The position numbers and the translations under genes were made by a program. Of a stretch of 64,000 nt of DNA, positions 56,851 to 64,000 are shown in pieces. The number at the start of each line of letters is the position of its first letter. Positions within the stretch are counted from its first letter, which is position 1. Source of the DNA: Octopus vulgaris. Taxonomy: Eukaryota. The notes beneath the pieces are model-generated. The model was given only the letters and a program-made list of their open reading frames with translations, searched no databases and was not told the DNA's origin. The DNA is taken from positions 30,690,001-30,754,000 of the forward strand of contig OX597831.1 of NCBI GenBank assembly GCA_951406725.2. Direction: 5' to 3'.

Positions 56851-56855
<5 letters not shown>

Positions 56856-56925
56856 AACAGTGGTTAAGATCGCGGGCTACTAACCGAGTTCGATTCCAGA
56901 CATGATAATAATAATAATAATAATA

Positions 56926-56993
<68 letters not shown>

Positions 56994-57176
56994 CATTATT
57001 ATTATTATTATTATTATAACAACAACAACATCGAAAAATACCTTAGGAATGAGAACCCCGGTAAGAAATTTCCACAAAACACCTGATGAAGGCTGGAGGG
57101 TATATTAGCCGAAACGTTGTGTTAAGAACAAACAAGATGACAAATATCCTTCAAATGTAAATAATGTAAATAATGT
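56851..57176 (+). mobile_element. tRNA-headed, hammerhead-bearing Penelope-type element
   Basis: A-box-like cagtggttaag, B box gagttcgattcc, (TAA/TTA)n spacer, body with hammerhead, (aatgtaaat) tail. Confidence 0.78.
57078..57123 (+). ncRNA. Minimal type-I hammerhead ribozyme motif
   Basis: aacac-CTGATGA(A)-ggctgg agggtata ttagcc-GAAA-cg-TT-gtgtt: 5-bp stem I, 6-bp stem II, canonical CUGAUGA/GAAA, ACGT stem III, GUU triplet. Confidence 0.75.
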
Positions 57177-57542
57177 GTCCCCCACTTCCATTGATGCCCT
57201 AAGCTCGTGTTTATTTTGCTTAGTGGTTAATCCAGCACTGTGTATGCGAAATACTCAGCCACATCAATTAGTTGGTCATCCAGCTAACCGAATATTTTGT
57301 CCCTTATTTCAGTGGCATAGCTAGAGTGTGTGCCACCCAGGGTAGTCTCTGAGGTTTCCGTCACTCCTCCTTCCGGCCCCCCAAGTCTATAAAGGTTTAT
57401 ACAGCAGACCGAAAACTGTTGAACCCCATAAATGCGTGTCCCTGGGCGGATCACACTCATGCTGAATCCTGACCCCCAAAACACACACAAACAAGCTACG
57501 CTGGTACCTCTTATGTTAAAATCAACGAGAGATCCCATGACA
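57176..57542. mobile_element. Possible solo LTR
   Basis: TGTC...GACA termini, internal tataaa, start shared with 5110 element; no TSD seen. Confidence 0.4.
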
Positions 57543-57589
57543 TATCATACACAGACACATAGCAGCGTATATACAAATGCTTATACATA

Positions 57590-57905
57590 ACTGGCTCTCC
57601 GTCGGTTATAACGACATGTATTCCGGTCATAAAATTAACGTGCTCATAAAATTAACGTGCAAGTGGCTGAGTACTCCACAGACTCATTTACCCTTAATGT
57701 AGTTCTCAGGGAGATTTCGTGTGACACAGAATGTGACAAGGCTGGGCCTTTGAAATACAGGTACAAATCTTTTTTACCAGCTGAGTTGAAAGGAGCAACG
57801 CGAAATAAAGTGTCTCTTGCTCAAGGACACAACGCGCCGGCGGGATCGAACTCACTACTTTATGATCGTGAGCCGAATGTCCTAGCCACTAAGCCACGCG
57901 CTTTC
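57590..57905 (-). mobile_element. SINE family D (tRNA head + CORE-like domain, distinct tail)
   Basis: Minus strand gcgcgtggcttagtggctagg..gagttcgatccc..gtgtccttgagcaaga; degenerate relative at 43655-43830. Confidence 0.85.
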
Positions 57906-58218
57906 AACAAACCATGTACATAGACTTAGAGAAATAGAAACATACACACATGCAGATATACAGGCATACTCATATACAGAGAAACGGGCAAACTTAGGTA
58001 CAAATACACAGACAGTTTTGCATAAATGCCTACTTAGAAGCTTACATGCTTCAGAATAAACCTAAGCATACATACACTAGGTATGCACAGGTATACACAG
58101 GTGTATTAATACATACACCAGCCAGATACATACATAAAACTGGCATATATAGAGAGATATACAGGCATATACGCATACAGGCTTACTTGCACACATAGAG
58201 ATCCATACTTGTGTGTGA

Positions 58219-58297
<79 letters not shown>

Positions 58298-58664
58298 TAG
58301 ATATACACATATACAAATACGCCCCTACAAAGGGCGCTGTCAATAGAAATAGTATATAACCGAACGAAGTATTTGCTGAATCGGCAGATAATGTTTTTGA
58401 CAGCAATTGTATTTACTTTCACATCGCTGACCATCGCTGTAAACACACATGTACGCGCACGCGCAGATCTGCGCGCGCGTGCACACACACACACACACAC
58501 ACGCAAACACACGCTCGCGCACAACACACACACACATAGACACACATACACACACATACACGCACAAACGTATTTTGCAATGTCTGCATTAAGCATGCCA
58601 TGTACAATGGCATACACCAAAGATTATTCGTTTTAATGAATCAATAAGATATATTTGTGCCAAA

Positions 58665-59735
58665 CTCTCTTTCTTCCAACCCTCTCTACCTCTCTCTCCT
58701 CCTCTCTCTTTATCTCTTTCTCTGTCTGTCTCTATCTGTCTCTGTCTCTCACTCTGTCCCTCATCTTTCTCTCTCTATTTCACTTTCTGTCTTACTCCCT
58801 CTGTCCCCACCTCTATTTCTCTCGTTCTCTCTCTCTTTGTCCCCTCTCTCTCTTTCTCTCTCTCTCTCTCTTTCTCTTTCTCTCTCTCTCTGTCTCCACT
58901 CTATTTCTCTCGTTCTCTCTCTCTCTTTCTCTTTCTCTCTCTCTCTGTCCCCACTCTATTTCTCTCGTTCTCTCTCTCTTTCTCTCTCTCTCTCCCTGTC
59001 CCCACTCTATTTCTCTCGTTCTCTCTCTCTCTCTTTGTCCCCCTCTCTCTCTTTATCTCTTTCTCTGTCTGTCTCTATCTGTCTCTGTCTCTCACTCTGT
59101 CCCTCATCTTTCTCTCTCTATTTCACTTTCTGTCTTACTCCTTCTGTCCCCACCTCTATTTCTCTCGTTCTCTCTCTCTTTCTCTCTCTCTCTCTCTGTC
59201 CCCTTTCTCTCTCTCTTTTCTTCCTGTCATGCTCGTGTTCATTCTCCCTATCTCTATTTTTCCATTAGCCTTTATCCTTCCTGTCGTATTTTGTCTCTCT
59301 CTCTCTCTCTTTTTCTTCTCTTTTCCCTTTGGCATATTCTCTGTCTCTCTCTTTCCCTCACTTTCTCCCTCTCTCTCTTTCTTTTCCTCCATTCCTGTGT
59401 CATATTCTCTCTCTCTCTCTCTCTCTCTCCCTTTCTCGTTCTAATCCTTTCTCAATTATCCCGCTTCGTAGTTTCTGTTTGTTTGTTCTTTTTGCTTTAC
59501 TCTCTTTGTCTCTTCCACTTTCGCCATCTGCTCATCTACCCATCTCCATTCCTTTCCACTGTATCTCTTTCCCTTACCTTCTTTCCCTCTCTTTCCTGTC
59601 TTGCACTCCTCTTCTCTCTTTCTTTCTGCTTCTCTCTCTTCCCCCCTCTCTCTCTGTTTCTCTCTGCCTTTGTTACTATCTCTCTCTACTTCTCTCTCTC
59701 TCTCTCTACCTATCTTATACCCCCCTCTCTCTGTT
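58665..59735. repeat. ~1.07 kb polypyrimidine (CT-rich) tract with higher-order repeats
   Basis: ctgtccccac(c)tctatttctctcgttctc about five times; ~130 bp block at 58708 repeated at 59052. Confidence 0.9.
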
Positions 59736-60840
59736 TTTGATCGTTACTTATTATTCTCACACATATATAACCTCTTCATCTCGTTCGTTGCTCGAGATTT
59801 TAGAGTAGATTTATTTATAACATAACTTGGTCGTTACTAGTCAAGACTGTAAGCAAGGGGCTGCAACTGTTGCCCTCGTAGACGATCAGGGGCCAGTGAA
59901 ACCGATACAACTAATGTTCCTGTTGTACAATTGCACGACGAAGGCTCTTGGTTGTAGGAAAAAAATAGAGGTCGGAGCAGAGGGCTGATTTTCTGGAAAA
60001 TAAGGTCTTGATGAAATGCGAACCCTAGCAGGTGAGGATGTGATATAAGGTGTCAAGATCGGGCGACTGAGGAGCAGATGCCATTGTAGTAGAAGTTAGA
60101 AAGGTAGAATGAGAAGGTGGTACGCCTGTACTTCGGATGCTGGTGTTTGAAGATGAGTGGTGTTATGTCAATGAGTTTGGTACAGTTAGTGGAGTACAAA
60201 TGTTGTCTAGGAGATCGATGTGGGTAGTAATAAGTACCGTTCAAAGTGCCAAAAAGTAGGGTCAGTGACAACACTTTAGGGAAATCTACATAATTGGAAA
60301 TTCACATCAAGTTTTATGTTAGTTTGCTTTCATTGAGCACCAAGACTATATATACTACGGAGAGTCAAATAATGATATGAAGTGTGTGCTCAAGCTTTTT
60401 CCAAAGTCAAGAAGTTTGCTGTGAGGCGACTTGCTTCGAGCTGTATAAAACTGTAGTCTTTATAGCAAAATATTATATTCCAACGAAGCAATTTCATACA
60501 ATGTTTTTTCTTTATAGATCGCCAGGTCGGCGATGAAAACTGAAATTAACTTGGAAGAAATTTCAAATCAGAACGTAGAGGAGTGTTTGTGAGAAGCAAA
60601 CAGTCGTTTAAATCGACTTTATTAATTGAATGACGCGACGTTATATTGATCCCCGAAGGGAAAGTTGACAAAGATCAGATTTGAACGCGGAGCATAAAGC
60701 GGCTGAAAAGGAGCTGTAAGGCATTATGTCTAATAATCTACTGATTCTACAAATCAAACGCACAATGCTGATGACGATTTCTGAGTTAAGCATAAGGCAG
60801 CGGTGGTGTTTGTTGTGAACAAAATTATGAAAATAATGAG

Positions 60841-61329
60841 CAGCAGCAGCATCATCATCATCATCATTGTTCGAGACAATGGAATTTACTATGCTACGCC
60901 AGACTTGACGGTCCATCATGGCATTACGGAGGTCCTGTTGCTGGATGCCTGTATCCCTGGAGATTACATCAGGGTAGGAGAGTGTGCGCCCTCTGGTATT
61001 GCGAGTAGATGGCTTTCAGAGGAGAAGAGTATAAATTACTTCTTTTTCAGCTCTACAACAATGTCCAGCAAACTGGACTCTCCTACCTTTCACAAGAGAT
61101 GACACAGGTGGTAGTTTCCCATATATTTGCATTTTGGTTGGATGGCGCTTCCACGAGAGATTTTGAGCTCTCATAAGGAGGCGAGTGTAGGTTCCATCCA
61201 ACCGCCTCTCAAGCTTCTTTGATAACGTCCATGTTTCTGAGTCATATAGTAGAATTGGTTCGACTGTGGCTTTGAATATTTCAAGTTTGAAGTCTCTACT
61301 TAGATTTGATGACCAGATCTTATGCATGT
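60841..61329 (-). pseudogene. 5'-truncated RTE-clade LINE, RT C-terminal region with (GAT)n tail
   Basis: KIWSSNLSRDFKLEIFKATVEPILLYDSETWTL...RRVQFAGHC.R...LLL*KP...RGR...DVISRDTG...AMMDRQVWR, then gatgatgat; typical RTE LLYGxEtW and FAGH motifs; one in-frame stop. Confidence 0.9.
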
Positions 61330-61657
61330 CAGTGGTGGAGGTTAGGGAAGAAGATGAAGAAAAGGGAGAAGCAAAACACGAGGAACGGAAATGAGCGGGT
61401 GAGCATCTTGTGTCATCTATTTCAGAATAACATCCTTAACCATCCATACCATTTATACATGTTCATTTCTCACCAAGAATACACCTTCTAGTCGTTTGTA
61501 GGTTGAAACAGTCGCCATTTTTCATTTGTATTTCGTTTAAATGCCGAATGAAAGCAAAGCTTACCTTTCCTTATATATTGCTGTATATATATGTGTGTAT
61601 GTGTGTGTGTGTGCGTGTGCGTGTGTGTGTGCGCGTGTATCTATTTATGTATATATG

Positions 61658-61713
<56 letters not shown>

Positions 61714-61920
61714 CGTGTGTGTGTGTGCACGTGTATCTATTTATGTATATATGTATATATATATATGTGTGTGTGTGAGTGTGTGTATATATATGTGTGT
61801 ATGTATATATATGTGTGTATGTATATATGCATGTATGCATTTGTTATGTATGTATGGATGTATATATATATGCATATATCTACATATATATGTATATATA
61901 CACACGCACACATATATATT

Positions 61921-61952
<32 letters not shown>

Positions 61953-62315
61953 GATATGTATATATGTGTGTGTGTGCGTGTATGTATGAATTGTATGAAC
62001 GTATATACATAACTGTATATGGATATGTTTATATGGCGTGGTGAACAGATTTAAACAATTAGAGTAAGATATGAATTACTTAACGCGACACAAGTTATAG
62101 AAAATTAACTGAATTATCAATTCTCTGATGTCTTTTGAAATATTTCTCGTACACTAATTGCTAAAATTACAACACCAGATGATTAATTCCGAGTATTGTC
62201 AGATATATATCTAAAAGAATTCTGACTGAGTGAAAATTACGTGGTTCCGACTATACTATAACTAGGTTGAAAGCAGGATATGTCTTGTACACACGCACAC
62301 ACACACACACACACA

Positions 62316-62765
<450 letters not shown>

Positions 62766-62766
62766 A

Positions 62767-63066
62767 TGTTTCTTTATTAGCCACACAGGGCTGCACACAG
62801 ACAGGACAAATTACAAGGTAGAGCTTTTCTTTTGGGGGTAAAAAAAGGGGGTTTGGTTTTCGATCAAAAGAGATCGTAAAAGGAAAGAAAGAGGACAAAA
62901 TAAGGGGGGGATATAATTTTTAAAAAAAGGTGGGGAAAAGGAAAAAAAATTTGATCAATAGGGATCGTTATCACAGAAATGTCAATATGAAGTGTAAAGG
63001 GGAGGACAGGTGAGGTTTACCCGTGGAAAGAAAAGCCTACGGAAAAGACCACGGTAACCTCGGTCA
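62767..63066 (-). mobile_element. 3' UTR of a LINE-like element adjoining (GATA)n
   Basis: Shares 70 bp with 31066-31137; hairpin gaggtttacccgtgg..ccacggtaacctc at 63012-63061; aataaa near the minus-strand end. Confidence 0.7.
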
Positions 63067-63104
63067 ATGGATGGATGGATGGATGGATGGATATATGTAC
63101 AGTA

Positions 63105-63220
<116 letters not shown>

Positions 63221-63857
63221 ATCTATCCATCCATCCATCCATCCATCCATCCATCTATCTATCTATCTGTTTATCAATTTCTCTTTCTTTTTGTCTGGCT
63301 CTCTATCAACAAACACATACTCATATACACTTCCAAACACGCACGCATCAGAGATGATAAGCCGACTCAATAATGAGTTTGACCATCGTTTGTTAATGAG
63401 CTGCAAAGCTAAAATAACTTTTTTTTAACTAGCTGACGCTTGGTGGTTTTATCCATCCATCCATCCATCCATCCATGCAAACATACATACATACGTACAT
63501 ACTTATATAATACATACATACGTCTATGAGTGAAAGAGAGAGGGAGAGAGAGTGCGTATGTGTGGCGCGTACATCTACACACTTTGCATACATACATATA
63601 GGTATATTTGCATACTTAAATGAAAACATATGATGTAGATTGATAAAACATTAGAAGATGGTAATAACCACGGAAACCAGGTCAAAACTTATTATATTCA
63701 CTAGATATGCGAGAAATGGCAGCGTAACCGCTTTTGACTGACACTATATCGGTTTGAAAATAGAGATACGGTGAGGATAATATTCTCCCTAATGCGCAAA
63801 ACTTAAGAAAATGAACGAGATGTTCATGGCTGGAACGACGTGTATCAAAGTTCTGCT

Positions 63858-64000
63858 CGTGGCTGTGTAGTAAGAAGCTTGCTTACCAACCACAAGGTTC
63901 CGGGTTCAGTCCCACTGCGTGGCACATTGGGCAAGTGTTTTCTACTATAGCCTCGGGGCGACCAAAGCCTTGTGAATGGATTCGGAAGACGGAAACTGAA
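63858..64000 (+). mobile_element. SINE family A, 5' part, cut by window end
   Basis: gtggctgtgtagtaag..gttccgggttcagtcccactgcgtggc. Confidence 0.92.

Overview
Eukaryotic, AT-rich, repeat-saturated DNA with no recognisable host protein-coding exon. Almost all ORFs in the supplied track are translations of microsatellites. The SINE repertoire and extreme microsatellite load point to a coleoid cephalopod, most likely Octopus (inference from recalled family sequences, not a database hit). Contents: about 35 copies or fragments of tRNA-derived SINEs, labelled here A (CORE-like), B (Meta-domain), C and D (CORE-like); degraded retroelement coding fragments (RTE reverse-transcriptase C-terminus, R4/Dong-type restriction-like endonuclease, Neptune-type Penelope GIY-YIG); MITE-like palindromes; local duplications; long microsatellites. 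Three things stand out. (1) Several distinct short repeats carry minimal type-I hammerhead ribozyme folds, and one family couples a tRNA-like Pol III head to a hammerhead-bearing Penelope-type tail (56851-57176 and 41685-42577). (2) One copy of that family differs from the other by a dense, nearly pure A-to-G cluster, a candidate genomic fossil of ADAR hyper-editing. (3) SINE B is repeatedly joined to itself at the same internal palindromic site. Coordinates were read by eye, and ends of degenerate elements are approximate.
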